Source: a virus
Length of the DNA stretch: 64,000 bases
IMG/VR virus record: IMGVR_UViG_3300045988_078288
Strand: one strand, 5' to 3'
The translations under genes were made by a program, and so were the position numbers. Below the pieces are notes generated by a model. The model worked only from the letters and a program-made list of their open reading frames with translations. It ran no database searches and was not told the origin of the DNA. Positions 32,801 to 43,180 of the stretch are shown here, piece after piece (the first letter of the stretch is position 1; every line of letters starts with the position of its first letter).

Positions 32801-34922
32801 CTTCATAGGTAGGTATCGCCCCTTCTTTCTCTGTTATGGAGAGACTATCAATTACAACGTCTGCACTGATACCAAAATCCTCGTCGCTAAACTGAAATAT
32901 ATCCCCTTCTTTAATAGTGTCATGTAGACTCTTTGTAGTACCAGTGGTATCCTCCATGGCCTCGTCGTGTTGGCGGGCCATATAAATTTCATCTATTTTC
33001 GGAGCATATGTATGCTTGGTGTGGTCGTTTTCTATAAGCCAAGCGATGGCGTAGCGTAGTAATTTCTCAGATGCAGCATCCACGTATTGTGTCGGGAGGG
33101 TTATTCCGGATAATACAAAATGGTCTCCAGCGTTAATCTGAAAGTCTTTGTACGGAAAGTATAGCCCAATATCCTCCACGCGCTGCAATGTCAAAACCCA
33201 CTGCCCGCTTTCTTTTGTACTGCCACTCACCTTGAATTTACGTCCTGCACACATTCCGTCGACCATAGTAACGGAGAAGTCACTTTGTTTCAGAGCGTTA
33301 ATGTCAAAGTTTAATTCTTTTTTTAGAGTGAGTTTAAACCCAGGAACTGTTGCGCCTTCTTTGAATACACCATTATCTTCGATGTTTGAACCAACTGCAA
33401 TTTCGTCAATACGCACACCGTCTACTTCCATTTCCTTGATAGTGGGATATATCTCAACGGTCTTTTCCTTTACATCTTCGGTGTCAAAAAACACGCTACC
33501 GGGACGCACACCGATAACGTCTGCCGCAGGCGACTCTATCCACGGACGGTCTGCACGCTTAGAAAAGCGCAATTTTGCACCTGTTGGGTTTAATTCTTTA
33601 TGCTTCTCGGGGTGGTTATTCCACCAGTCTTGTAAGGATATAGAAGGAAAACCAGGTAGCATTAGGTTAAAGCACGCCATATTGTTTGGCAGATGCGCGC
33701 CAGCTGCATAATCCCTCCTATTAGAAGGAAAGGCTTCTTTGTTGACACCGCTAACGAAATGTACCCTATCTGCTTCTTGTATCGCAGCAAAGCACGCTTT
33801 AGCTTCTTCTATTGTAATATCATATCCTTTTCCGCCTAATATCTGTAAACTAATGTGATTATGGTAATAAGGCTCTACGCCAACATTGACCTTGGCTTCA
33901 ACAACCATTCCACCATCATGGATATTCACAGAGTATGTATCATATCCTGGGCCACCGCCAATTCGATACGTAAAATATACGGAAGCACGCTCGATGGGTA
34001 TGTCGTCGATATAAAATTCTATATTGCAAATTTCACCATAAACTTCGTTTTGTATTACGCGAGAAGGCTTAGACCAAACCTCCATATTTAGTGTTGCATA
34101 GTATCTGTCAGGAATATTTTTGTCAGAACCGTATGCTCTCATACGTGTAACTATTTGTTGGTCTGCCTCTGCATCTTGATTTACCTCGTACAAGCCGTTG
34201 CCCTTTCCGTACTTGAAAACGTTACGTGTTGGCAGTCCTGACGTACCAACAAACACTTCTCTGTTGCGCGTTATGAAGTTTACGTCGAACTGGGAATTTA
34301 CCAACGCAAGGCCTTTCCACACCGTCTGCTTGTCGATACTAATGGATGTTGATGTTATTTTGGTATCAGAGACTCCCGTGTTGTCGGGATTTGACGTATC
34401 ACCTCCATATATCTCCTCCCATCTTGCTGCATCGCATCCTCTCGTATTGCTTCTGTTCCAGTTGCGCGAATAGAATAGCCATTTGTTTCCGCCAACTTGT
34501 TCATTCATACACGCCTGCAAACGGTCGAGTAAGTCATCCAACGACTCCACGTAGAATTGGAAGACGGGCAGGGCGGTATAATGTAGCTCGTTATCGTTTA
34601 AGACTACATCTAAAAATTCTGCTCTTGCCAGTTCGTCAGATAAAGAATTGAATTTTACAACTTGGTACTTGAACGAATTGCCGAGTGCATTTTTACGGCC
34701 TTGTTTCGCCTTGCCTGGGTCGTAGTTTAATTCAAAACGTTCATTTCGATATATTAGATAATCACCAATTTCAAAGTCTATTGGAGCCTCATTCTCTATA
34801 GATACAGATACCGAGCACTCGCCCATCCACTCGCCGTCGTATTTCAGCGAATGAACGGAAATTTCCTTGCCGTTGGTGTCACGCAGCGGCGTGCCGTCCT
34901 TATGATAAAGTTTCCATTCCAT
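29889..34922 (-). CDS. large tail-tip / host-specificity protein (Tal-like minor structural protein)
   Basis: 1677 aa, immediately after the Dit-like gene. N-terminal prophage-tail-like region, a central coiled coil, two tandem jelly-roll carbohydrate-binding-like modules, and a C-terminal beta-rich part. Confidence 0.75.
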   Translation of the reverse strand: MEWKLYHKDGTPLRDTNGKEISVHSLKYDGEWMGECSVSVSIENEAPIDFEIGDYLIYRNERFELNYDPGKAKQGRKNALGNSFKYQVVKFNSLSDELARAEFLDVVLNDNELHYTALPVFQFYVESLDDLLDRLQACMNEQVGGNKWLFYSRNWNRSNTRGCDAARWEEIYGGDTSNPDNTGVSDTKITSTSISIDKQTVWKGLALVNSQFDVNFITRNREVFVGTSGLPTRNVFKYGKGNGLYEVNQDAEADQQIVTRMRAYGSDKNIPDRYYATLNMEVWSKPSRVIQNEVYGEICNIEFYIDDIPIERASVYFTYRIGGGPGYDTYSVNIHDGGMVVEAKVNVGVEPYYHNHISLQILGGKGYDITIEEAKACFAAIQEADRVHFVSGVNKEAFPSNRRDYAAGAHLPNNMACFNLMLPGFPSISLQDWWNNHPEKHKELNPTGAKLRFSKRADRPWIESPAADVIGVRPGSVFFDTEDVKEKTVEIYPTIKEMEVDGVRIDEIAVGSNIEDNGVFKEGATVPGFKLTLKKELNFDINALKQSDFSVTMVDGMCAGRKFKVSGSTKESGQWVLTLQRVEDIGLYFPYKDFQINAGDHFVLSGITLPTQYVDAASEKLLRYAIAWLIENDHTKHTYAPKIDEIYMARQHDEAMEDTTGTTKSLHDTIKEGDIFQFSDEDFGISADVVIDSLSITEKEGAIPTYEVSLRDNKEVSTLQKIQDKITAISNSTGDFTPAQVKEYIQSEGSKYFLSKVKTDVAEKLIRFWEGIAFGEQSDNNPLGISSDGIATLKEVVSAAFRSGALGSGFKLGDYNGSGDSYLEVDRLLVRKAAEFVRLVIRELQSVGGEIVLSPAAMKISNVVYFEKFTVLPEYDGSPLRYDVYRCYFSQKKGDEEIENQFVMGDLVRCQTFNVKEGVNENVKNRYYWRKVYKVGKDFIDVLADFCDTGSDIPQAGDELVQMGNTTDTARQSVVVLSAYGADAPSLKMYEGVDSYSLENREVFVLSRQEMFAIADKFRFITRKANGEIKSTQSFAELVMSVDGLKLTVNRNKEELDDEIKSTQSQITQTANDIRTEVRRDYSTKKDVNDQIATVSSSITQTATQIAMKVGYTLAERRNLLVGSLFRKQGEGFFLLRSKIYRTSAHEGANVIFAPEAKAGGVQWGGAANSHNIHVTKGKTYTLAFWARTKSARVEIVGETIWHSSATDTSRPSGYTGPNGSANLGGVTITPSNGWYLYQKTFTVAANAPYEWISVACLKANASTASQQVYIAHPILIEGTAEDFVCWSASPDDYDYIGGNLLDNTRTFAKSGNLMRMDASVVTNESYNNGCSVIYANAASKYIEMAQWSVNTIIKKDEDYILSFMAKGSGSIDAYMWSGSNLSIFAEDSERDTTTSNADGGRRFSLTSEWKRYWVHWRSEGTGIPNYVLIRSLQGSKAWVTMPKLEVGATPTDWIEGKSGFVEDSGIAAKLLRTGLDIENGKITATADKFEIRNNSGETTASVNEKGLLEVGAGLFGGFVKKKKTIITPENIDQYRIPAASLSVVLFDFTNAGSFVEFQGDFNNYFKSSQVDLVLPFNNPKDSLNSLHGVSTDEALQYVGQTLIIKNRANVAFVVHGGGIINKRGTTTSTGTLKVNEISSNERLITTCEVTTTFGNSLSGANPNRLTAVGWNGNIYG

Positions 34923-34926
34923 ATCT

Positions 34927-35394
34927 CTATTTGATTAATGTTACTTCCGTTACGGGGTCTTCAACTCTCAACACTGTAGAGAACGTTACCACATCTCCCT
35001 CGTCGTCGCGGTGCAGGTCTGCGTCGTCGGATACCTTCTTGAGGCGGATGTGTCTTCTTCCTACCTTAGTCCAGTCGCAGTACATCTTCATCTTCATACC
35101 GCTTCCGTCGCGTCCGCTGAGGTAGTTCAGAAATTTTCTTATTACTGCGTTAGCTGAAAACTTGTCACCCTTGCAGCACCATTTTACGGTCATGTCGTAT
35201 GCTGCGAATTTAAGGCTGTCACCGAGGTATGCGTCTTCTCCGTTTTCATCCTTCCAATCCCTTACCACTGGCTCCTTGACCTCCATGCCAATGTCGAACG
35301 GTATGGAGGCGCACCACACATCAAAGTCAGCTACGGTTTCTTTTACCACAGCTCCAGTCTGCTCTTTTTGTATAAAGACATTGTAGTGTTGCAT
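34927..35394 (-). CDS. distal tail protein-like (by position)
   Basis: 155 aa, between the tape measure and the Tal-like gene. Confidence 0.5.
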   Translation of the reverse strand: MQHYNVFIQKEQTGAVVKETVADFDVWCASIPFDIGMEVKEPVVRDWKDENGEDAYLGDSLKFAAYDMTVKWCCKGDKFSANAVIRKFLNYLSGRDGSGMKMKMYCDWTKVGRRHIRLKKVSDDADLHRDDEGDVVTFSTVLRVEDPVTEVTLIK

Positions 35395-35490
35395 AAATAT
35401 GCATAATTTTCTCCAAAAATAATAAAAAGCGGATAATTATACAAATTAATATATAACTATCCGCGATTTTAACAATAAATATACACTTTG

Positions 35491-38400
35491 TCAGCTAATA
35501 TAGAGCTTTTTTCTGCCACTTGTAGACACCGCGTTCATCCAATCCATCATCCGATCGAGCTTCTCGTTACGAGCTTCCGCGAGCATGACAATCTGCGTGA
35601 GCTGCCCGAGCTGCGCTTTCTGTATCTGACCCATTTCGGGAAGACGCATCTTCAATAGTTCTCCGATGTCCTTGACCTGCGCACGATTAACACTCACGTC
35701 AAGACGGATGGCATTGACGTAACTTGCGAGAATATCCGCAGTTTCCTCAGTGATATTCGTGATGCCGTTGGTCACACTTCCATCGCCATTTTCCGACAAG
35801 TCGAGTCCCATATTCTTCAAGCGTTCGAGGATTGCCGTGATGTTCTCGGCTGCATTGTTGGTGCCATTATACAGGTCATCCGCAACCTTAACAACATCTT
35901 CTGGTTCAAGCTTTCCTTTCTGCTTGATTATTTCCGTCAGATTGTCAAGCGGCCCCTGTAGAGCAACCTCCATTACCTTCTGAGAGACGATGTTTTTGGT
36001 AAGGTCTTTTACCATTTCTTTTGCCTTCTTCTTGTAGGCATCAATAGCGTCCTCACCTTTTGACCATGCGCTTACAACTGCGTCGGTTAATTGGCTTGCC
36101 CACGCCTTCATATCTACGCCATAGATGTCCTTGAGAAAGTCTTTTGCAAAATTGTTAATGGTCGTTTCCATCTCCTTGATTTGCTGTTTGTAGTCGGCAA
36201 TCTTATCCTTGTCCTTCTTCTTCTTGCCCTCCTCAGCGTTTAACTGCCTCTGCATTTCATCCTTCTGTGCCATGAGGGAAGCCTGCTCAGCGAGGTAAGC
36301 ATTGCCTGGGTCGGATAGGGATTTTTTAGCAGTAGTGTACGTATCAGAGGAATATTGGCTCTTTTTACTCTCTCCTCTTGCTGCTTTTTCGTAAGAATTA
36401 GTAACGTTGCCCAATCTTTTACGTGTATCCGCATCCATTTTGTAGGAATAGACACCGCCAAGGGTATTTTCAATCGCCGTCTTTACATCGTTGCGCAAGC
36501 GCTCAAGTTCCGTTATATTTCGCTCTGCGAGTTTGATTTGGCGTTCTAACTTTGCATCGTGCGCCGCAGCAAATGCCTTAAATGGAGAGGTGAAGATGCC
36601 AACAAATCCTTGAAGAACACCGCCGACATTGCCAGACATAGCACTTGTGACCATATTTGAAATGGAACTTGAAACACCGCCGAGAGAATTAAAGAATGCC
36701 GTTGCATCTTGCCATCCGTCGTTTTCTGTATCAACGCCAAGAGCACTCGCTGTGTCCTTAATATCATTGAACGTGGCGACAATGCTTTGGATGTTTTCAT
36801 TGATTTTACTTGCTGCGGCACTGACATTCGCCATAGATTCCTTGAACTCATTGGCGGCCTTAGCCTCTTTTTGACCCTGTTTGAGTTTCGCGTCACCCTT
36901 TTCTTCCTTTTCATGCCCCTCAAGCATTTTAGCAACGATTTCATCGACAGCATCAAAATCCAAGTTTGAGAACGCTTCTATTAGCTCCGTGTTAGCCTCC
37001 TGCTGCATTCTCTCGCCCTCCTGCTTCAATGCCGCTCCAGCTGTAATTTTCTCGTTGGCGTTCTTTACTCTCTGTTCGGCGACACCACTAAGACCAGAAT
37101 TAAAGAAGTTTTTCTTGCCACTTGAGAGTTTGTTCAACTGCTCGTCAAGCTGCTGTATCTGCTTGCCGTACTCGCGAGCGTCAATGGTTCCGTCAGCAAG
37201 TGCCTGGTTAATGTTCTCGCGTATCTGCGAAGCAATTTCGGATGCCCTGTCCATGCCGAGCTGCGACACCGCTCCGAAGAACGTGATATAGTCACTACTC
37301 TTGTTGAAGGCTTCCGTCTTAGCAGAGTTCACTTCCTTGTCCCGTTGGCGCGTGTAACGAGAAGCAAGACCATAGTTTCCCGCTTCTTCCGCTTGTGCAA
37401 TAGGCGTTTCATACTTGGCGTAGATGGCGGCTATCTTCTCCTGCGTGCTTGCTGTCTGTGCGATGATGTCCGCAGCCTGCTGTAAGCTCTTGACATAATT
37501 GTCCTTTACCAAGGTCGTTATCTTCTGCCAAGCCTCAAGAGCGAGAGGCGTGTCCTTATACAGAACCTTTGCGTCGGCTTCGGTCATTCCGAGGTTGACA
37601 TCGTGCCCGAAGTTCTTCTTGAAGTCCTCCGCCATCTTTCTTGTCTGCTTATCCCACACCGCGCCGTCCTGAAAGGCGAGCTTGGCGAAATCCAGACTGC
37701 CGGTCTTCTCGTACAGTTCCTTCTGCAAGTTCGCCTGCTTCACGCCTTTCTCCAGTGCCTCCTTGAAGTTTGAAGATACGCGCTCCCATTCCACCTTGTC
37801 GATTTCAGAGTACTGCCACTCTGCCTTTTCGCGGTTGACTTGCGTACGAAACTTCTTGCGGTCGGTGGTATTCCAGAAGCCGCGGCCAGGCATCATTGCC
37901 TCAAGACTCTCCATATACTTGGAAAGGTCTATCTTCTTCCAGTCGAGGTTGGGGAATAGGCTCTTAACCTTTCCTATAGCCTCGCTCTGCGTGTTTCCTA
38001 TGCCAATGTATTTCTGGTACCACTGGCGAGCGGCCTTGAAATCTTCAAACTGCTGACGAAGCGACTTAAGAGCGGAGTCTTTCTTCGGGCCTTTGTTCTT
38101 ATCTTTCTTTGCGTCGAACAGATTTAATTCCTTTGCGGTCTGTTCTGCCAGCTGCCACTCCTTTTTTAATTCATCCTGCCGTTTTGATTTTGCTTTTTTT
38201 GCAGCTTCGTATTCCTTCTTTTTCGCAGCTACATCAGCGTTAGCGGCTTCTCTTGCTTTAGTCCACGACCCCTCCTTTCCCCAAGATTGCGCAAATTTCT
38301 GCTTCTTCGCTTGTGTTTCTGGGTCACCAACGCCAAGTGGCATTTTTGGAAGATTGCCAAGAAGCTCATTTTGAACATCATTAAACTTACTATCTTTAAA

Positions 38401-41400
38401 AACAAGATTTATAACAGCCTCGAAGTTGGACGCATCAAGCAGTGCCTGTAAAGCCTTTTCAAATTCCGGGTATTGCCCCGTAAGCCCTCTTTTTGCATCT
38501 TGCATCAACTCTTCAACTTTCGCCTTTTCGGCTTCGTTGAGAGTTTGCCCCGAGCGTATTTTTGTTGCAATAGTCGGAGCAATACTGTCAAGCAAATCGC
38601 TAAGTTTGTTTTTAGCCTCTTCCTGTAACCATGAGTCTTTATCTCCAATGCCAAATGCTTGTAAGACCGATGCTCTTATCATGTTGGCTCTACTCTCTGG
38701 TATTTCCATGGAAGCAAAAATGTTGCTCATGGCTTGCATCGCAGCAAGGCGCATAGTTTCGTCTTTAGAAATATCTCCGAATTGTTTAAGTATAACCTTT
38801 TTTATCGGATTTACCATGTCGCCCTTCTGATAAGGCTGTAAACCTTTCCATGCCGCGCTTCTCGCAGATGCAAAGTCCATGCCCTTGTCACTCATATTTT
38901 GGGCGGTTGTCTTTTCCAGTCTTTCATAGTTTCTGTTTGACCGTGTTATCGCCCCGCTAAAGTCCGAATAATTATCGCGATTTCCCATTTTGGACTTAGC
39001 AATCATCTCTGCATCACGCAACCTCTTTAATTCCTCATCAAGATATTTCAGACGCTCCTCATGGCTTTGCTTCTCGTCAGCCTTCATTACAAGATTGTTG
39101 TAATTGTAAGGCTCAAGTTGTTTTAGCTTTTCTTTGTATGCGTCAATTAGGTTATCAACCTCCTTTATATCCCCTCCGGATAATACCTTTGCGGTGTCAT
39201 TTTCGCGCAAAAAGTCGTTTAGCTGTTTTATGCGGTCTTCAATTTCGTTCGTTGTTTGATTAATCCTATTCGTTAAATCAGCACTCTTTGTGTACATATA
39301 AGATATACCCATCGTAACGCCAGTAATAATCAGGCCAGGCAATCCGCCGACGGCAGCGAGCAATGTCGCTCCCATAGTCCTTGCGCCAGCTGTGAGTATT
39401 GCGAATGCAGACATTCCTTTAAGTGCGAACGTTCTCCAAAAACCACCTGTAGTGGCGAATTGTATTTTTAGATTTGTAAAGTAAGCGTTCGTTCTTAATT
39501 GCAATCCAATAAAAGCGGCTTTCGCTTTATTCCACCATCCACCATTCTGTCTCGCCTCTACGAGCTTGCGGCGCGAACCAAAGGTTCCAGTACCCGCAAA
39601 ATCTGTCATGCCGTCTTTGTATATAGATCTGCTTATCTGCCCATTTATATACATTCTTTCGAGGTCGACCTTTTTAATCGCTTTCGCTAAAGAAAGTGCT
39701 TTTATATCCTCTGATGTGATAAGCTTCTTTGTAGCAAGCAGACGGAGTTCTTGTGCTGTTGTTTTCTCTCCGAGTAACACCTTCTTTTGGATATCAGAAG
39801 CCATACTTGCTTTGCCAGACAATAACGCAGCACCGATGCCACCGCCAAGCGAGGTTTGCAGTCTTTTCAATGCAAAACCGCTAAATGCCGCGACAACAAC
39901 AGGTGCCATCGTGTGCAACGCCTGTACAAGATTTGTAACAAGGTCGAGTATATGCTTTAGATTGCTTCCAACGATGTTGCTATCGCTTGCAAACTCTGAA
40001 AGCATAATTTCCCACGCATCTTTGAGTTTATTGAATCTACCAAGAAGCGTTTCTGAAAGCACAAGCTGCATGTTGTAGAACTGACCTCCCGCATCGGTCA
40101 TTTCCCAAAAGACGTTCTTTACGTCCTCGAAATCAACGCCGCGTCCCGATATGCGGGTTTTTACTTCGCTTGTAGACACCTTGCGGCCTTCACGCTTTGA
40201 ATAGTATTCGGAAAGTTTCTGTAACAACGGAATACCTGCGTAGGAAATCTGGCGCAGCTCCTTGCCATCAAGCCAACCGCGAGAGCGTACCTGTCCGAAC
40301 GCCAAAGCTATTCGCTCGAAGCTGACTCCAAGACCCGATGCCATATCTGCGAGTCGCTTTGTGGTGTCATACAACTGGTCGTACTCTACTCCGTAAGCCG
40401 CCAACTGTTTTACATCTCGGTTTAATTCAGAGAAAGTAAACGGCGACTGTAATGCAAGTTGTTTAACTTGTGAGAACATGGTGTTGGCGTTCTGTACATC
40501 ACCCAAGATACTCTGTAATGCGATATGTTGCTTTTCAAGCTCGCCACCAGTCTTTATCACACTCATGGCAAACTGCTGCATACCATAAACAAGTCCTCCC
40601 TGCATAACCAGGGACTTCAAATCCTGCATTGTAGAGTTAAGACCACCGGCGGAGTTTTTCGCCTGCTCAAAAGCGCGAACAAGGTCGCTACGCACCTTTG
40701 CCGCCGAATTTGCAATCTCCTGCTGGTGCTTTCGCTCTAAATCAATACTCTTTTCTTTCTCGCGGTTTGTCTTTTCTTGCGCCGCATTAATCGCTCTTTG
40801 GTCTTGCAGTGCTCGCCCTGCCTGCGTTGCGTCGTGTCCTGTACCGATACTTCCTATACGGCCAACAACATTCTGACCTTCTACAAGCCAAGTGCGCATC
40901 TGTCTAAGATAGCGCATAATGTCGATAAGACGATGTATCTCAGCCTCCGCTTTGCTCACGTCGGCTCCCAACGATATGCCGCGGCTAAACTCACGTCTGA
41001 GCGATCTCACCTTATTGCCAAGCGAGTCGTAACGAGCCTCCGCTGCCTTTATTTCAGACAATCTCTGCTTGTTGTCGCGTGCTTCCTGTCTTTCGTTCTT
41101 CCTGTCCTGCTTTTTGTTAGCTCTCGTAATGGCATTGTTCAGCTTGTCCTGCTCCGACTTGGCATTGCCGATTTCGTTTTTGAGTATCTTGTACTCCGAA
41201 ACCAGTTCCGCCACCGCGTTCTTGCTGCCAATGTCGGCGTTGTTGAACTTGTCGCGCATTTCAAACAATCGCGAAATGGCACTTCCCACTCTTGATGTGT
41301 CAGCACCGACCTTAAAGCCTCGTTTGGCAGAGTCGTTGAGTTCGCGTATCTTTCTGCTCACCTCGCTCATAAGCTCCTGCAAGCGTCTGTACCTCGCCTC

Positions 41401-43161
41401 CATTGTTTCGAGGTTGCGGTCGGTTGCCACCGCCTTTGCCTTTTCACGACCATAAGCCTGCATTGCCGTTGAAGCCTTGTTGAGTTCGACAGAAATATCG
41501 CTAAAGAGTTGCTTCATCTTGTCGACATTCGCCAGTTCTCCGTTCTTGTTTGACATTGCTGCTTCCATTCGTGCCACAACGCCTCCAAGTCCAGAAATGC
41601 GCTCTCCGAACATTGAAGTATTATATCCCTTTTGCGTGCCTTCGTTCATAAGGTCGCGTAGCTTGGCGAGTTTTTCACGCACAGCGTCAATGCGCGCATC
41701 CAGTTTAGAGAAATTACCGTCGAGGTCGGACAAAGGATTCGGCTTCTGTAATTTGCCGATAATTGCATCCACATCCTTGAGCGTCATCGCCAAAGTCTTT
41801 CCGTACATACCGAGCACATGGGCATTATCCGCACCTGTCCCGAACATCTTGTCCTGAAGCGATAATAGTCTGTTTCGGAAATTCTCAATGAGCCTTGTGG
41901 CGTTCTCTATATTCTTTGTGTCAACGTTTGGGTTTGCAGCCTTAACCTCGGAGATGTGCTTTTGGGCGATGTCTATTCTCTGTAACAGGGAGAGGTATTC
42001 AAGAGCTTTTTTTAAGCGTGGGGTAGGGTCGGGAAAATCATTGGGGTTAAAAGCTTTCCCTTGGTCTTTCATCGCCTTCGCTCTTTCTTTGTTTACTTTC
42101 TCAATCGCGACATTTGCTGCGTTCAGAATGTCAACGTATTTGCGCCCACTGTCGTCCTTAACGCCAATAACCGCACTTGCCTTGCCTTTGAAAGCGTCAA
42201 GGGCTTCGTTCAGTTTTAACTGGTAAGATGTTTGTGCCTGTGTCGCTGCAACGTCCTTTTCTCTTGCGGCTGTTGCCTCGTTGAGCATTTTGTTAAGCCC
42301 CTTGTTCTCAACAAACGGCTGTATCTTAGGTGCAGTCGCAGTCTTGCTTTCTGCTGCACTCTTTTCCTTCTGTGCAGCAGTGGTAGCCTTTAGCTGCTCC
42401 TCCTGCTTCTTGAGGGCATTGGTCTGCTCATTGACCGCTTCTGCATTTTTCTTGGTCTGTTCCTCTGCTCTCTTTCCTGCATCTGCAACGGCGTTGGTTT
42501 CCTTAGATACCCCCTGTGTAGCTACGATGTATTTGTACTCTATGTCTGTTACCTTGCCATCGAGTGTGTTTAACCACTTGTCGATTTGCATGTAGTTCTT
42601 GATGGGGGAGTGAATGAGGGATGTGCCTTCGTTTATAAGACCTTGGAGCTCTTGCCGAATAGCCTTTAGACCACTGGCTGTCGGTGCGTCGGCAAATTTC
42701 AAATGATTTTGCAGCGACGCAATAGCATCAATAGCTTCTCTACTTTGATATATTGTGCTTTGCAGATTAAAACCAGAGTCAGACAAACCCTTTTTTGACT
42801 CAATGTTAGTCAGAGCGAACTCAAGTTCCCGCACAAGTTTGGCGTACTGCTGTAATTTTCCTATATTTAAATCTTCCGTTATACCCTTCCAGCCACCTTT
42901 GGTTTTCCCAATCACACCTAATACCGCCTGCAACTCCTTTGCTTCGGCAGACGTATCACCGAGAGCGTTTTGAATTTTTTTCAAAAAACTTATATTCTTC
43001 CCCGATACATCCGTATCAGCAAGTTTTCGCAAATTCTCCTGCGCTTTCCTGGTTTTTGCATCAACGCCAGTCATGCCATCGGCAATCTTGTTCAACTCCT
43101 TAGATACTGTTTCTTTGAGTCCAAGGCTCATCCATAAACTTCCAACGTTTCCGTCTGCCAT
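35491..43161 (-). CDS. tail tape measure protein
   Basis: 2556 aa, Ala/Lys/Glu/Gln-rich coiled coil. Conserved TMP core (LQSILGDVQNANTMFSQVKQLALQSPFTFSELNRDVKQLAAYGV). Mid-protein hydrophobic helices. Follows the frameshifted chaperone pair. Confidence 0.9.
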   Translation of the reverse strand: MADGNVGSLWMSLGLKETVSKELNKIADGMTGVDAKTRKAQENLRKLADTDVSGKNISFLKKIQNALGDTSAEAKELQAVLGVIGKTKGGWKGITEDLNIGKLQQYAKLVRELEFALTNIESKKGLSDSGFNLQSTIYQSREAIDAIASLQNHLKFADAPTASGLKAIRQELQGLINEGTSLIHSPIKNYMQIDKWLNTLDGKVTDIEYKYIVATQGVSKETNAVADAGKRAEEQTKKNAEAVNEQTNALKKQEEQLKATTAAQKEKSAAESKTATAPKIQPFVENKGLNKMLNEATAAREKDVAATQAQTSYQLKLNEALDAFKGKASAVIGVKDDSGRKYVDILNAANVAIEKVNKERAKAMKDQGKAFNPNDFPDPTPRLKKALEYLSLLQRIDIAQKHISEVKAANPNVDTKNIENATRLIENFRNRLLSLQDKMFGTGADNAHVLGMYGKTLAMTLKDVDAIIGKLQKPNPLSDLDGNFSKLDARIDAVREKLAKLRDLMNEGTQKGYNTSMFGERISGLGGVVARMEAAMSNKNGELANVDKMKQLFSDISVELNKASTAMQAYGREKAKAVATDRNLETMEARYRRLQELMSEVSRKIRELNDSAKRGFKVGADTSRVGSAISRLFEMRDKFNNADIGSKNAVAELVSEYKILKNEIGNAKSEQDKLNNAITRANKKQDRKNERQEARDNKQRLSEIKAAEARYDSLGNKVRSLRREFSRGISLGADVSKAEAEIHRLIDIMRYLRQMRTWLVEGQNVVGRIGSIGTGHDATQAGRALQDQRAINAAQEKTNREKEKSIDLERKHQQEIANSAAKVRSDLVRAFEQAKNSAGGLNSTMQDLKSLVMQGGLVYGMQQFAMSVIKTGGELEKQHIALQSILGDVQNANTMFSQVKQLALQSPFTFSELNRDVKQLAAYGVEYDQLYDTTKRLADMASGLGVSFERIALAFGQVRSRGWLDGKELRQISYAGIPLLQKLSEYYSKREGRKVSTSEVKTRISGRGVDFEDVKNVFWEMTDAGGQFYNMQLVLSETLLGRFNKLKDAWEIMLSEFASDSNIVGSNLKHILDLVTNLVQALHTMAPVVVAAFSGFALKRLQTSLGGGIGAALLSGKASMASDIQKKVLLGEKTTAQELRLLATKKLITSEDIKALSLAKAIKKVDLERMYINGQISRSIYKDGMTDFAGTGTFGSRRKLVEARQNGGWWNKAKAAFIGLQLRTNAYFTNLKIQFATTGGFWRTFALKGMSAFAILTAGARTMGATLLAAVGGLPGLIITGVTMGISYMYTKSADLTNRINQTTNEIEDRIKQLNDFLRENDTAKVLSGGDIKEVDNLIDAYKEKLKQLEPYNYNNLVMKADEKQSHEERLKYLDEELKRLRDAEMIAKSKMGNRDNYSDFSGAITRSNRNYERLEKTTAQNMSDKGMDFASARSAAWKGLQPYQKGDMVNPIKKVILKQFGDISKDETMRLAAMQAMSNIFASMEIPESRANMIRASVLQAFGIGDKDSWLQEEAKNKLSDLLDSIAPTIATKIRSGQTLNEAEKAKVEELMQDAKRGLTGQYPEFEKALQALLDASNFEAVINLVFKDSKFNDVQNELLGNLPKMPLGVGDPETQAKKQKFAQSWGKEGSWTKAREAANADVAAKKKEYEAAKKAKSKRQDELKKEWQLAEQTAKELNLFDAKKDKNKGPKKDSALKSLRQQFEDFKAARQWYQKYIGIGNTQSEAIGKVKSLFPNLDWKKIDLSKYMESLEAMMPGRGFWNTTDRKKFRTQVNREKAEWQYSEIDKVEWERVSSNFKEALEKGVKQANLQKELYEKTGSLDFAKLAFQDGAVWDKQTRKMAEDFKKNFGHDVNLGMTEADAKVLYKDTPLALEAWQKITTLVKDNYVKSLQQAADIIAQTASTQEKIAAIYAKYETPIAQAEEAGNYGLASRYTRQRDKEVNSAKTEAFNKSSDYITFFGAVSQLGMDRASEIASQIRENINQALADGTIDAREYGKQIQQLDEQLNKLSSGKKNFFNSGLSGVAEQRVKNANEKITAGAALKQEGERMQQEANTELIEAFSNLDFDAVDEIVAKMLEGHEKEEKGDAKLKQGQKEAKAANEFKESMANVSAAASKINENIQSIVATFNDIKDTASALGVDTENDGWQDATAFFNSLGGVSSSISNMVTSAMSGNVGGVLQGFVGIFTSPFKAFAAAHDAKLERQIKLAERNITELERLRNDVKTAIENTLGGVYSYKMDADTRKRLGNVTNSYEKAARGESKKSQYSSDTYTTAKKSLSDPGNAYLAEQASLMAQKDEMQRQLNAEEGKKKKDKDKIADYKQQIKEMETTINNFAKDFLKDIYGVDMKAWASQLTDAVVSAWSKGEDAIDAYKKKAKEMVKDLTKNIVSQKVMEVALQGPLDNLTEIIKQKGKLEPEDVVKVADDLYNGTNNAAENITAILERLKNMGLDLSENGDGSVTNGITNITEETADILASYVNAIRLDVSVNRAQVKDIGELLKMRLPEMGQIQKAQLGQLTQIVMLAEARNEKLDRMMDWMNAVSTSGRKKLYIS

Positions 43162-43180
43162 ATCCTGAAATATTTATCGT

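Noticed and set aside
35750-42973. About a dozen plus-strand ORFs (60-190 aa) inside the tape measure gene.
   Set aside because: They are antisense shadows of a Lys/Glu/Ala-rich gene and so read as Ser/Phe/Leu-rich low-complexity sequence. They have no independent signals.
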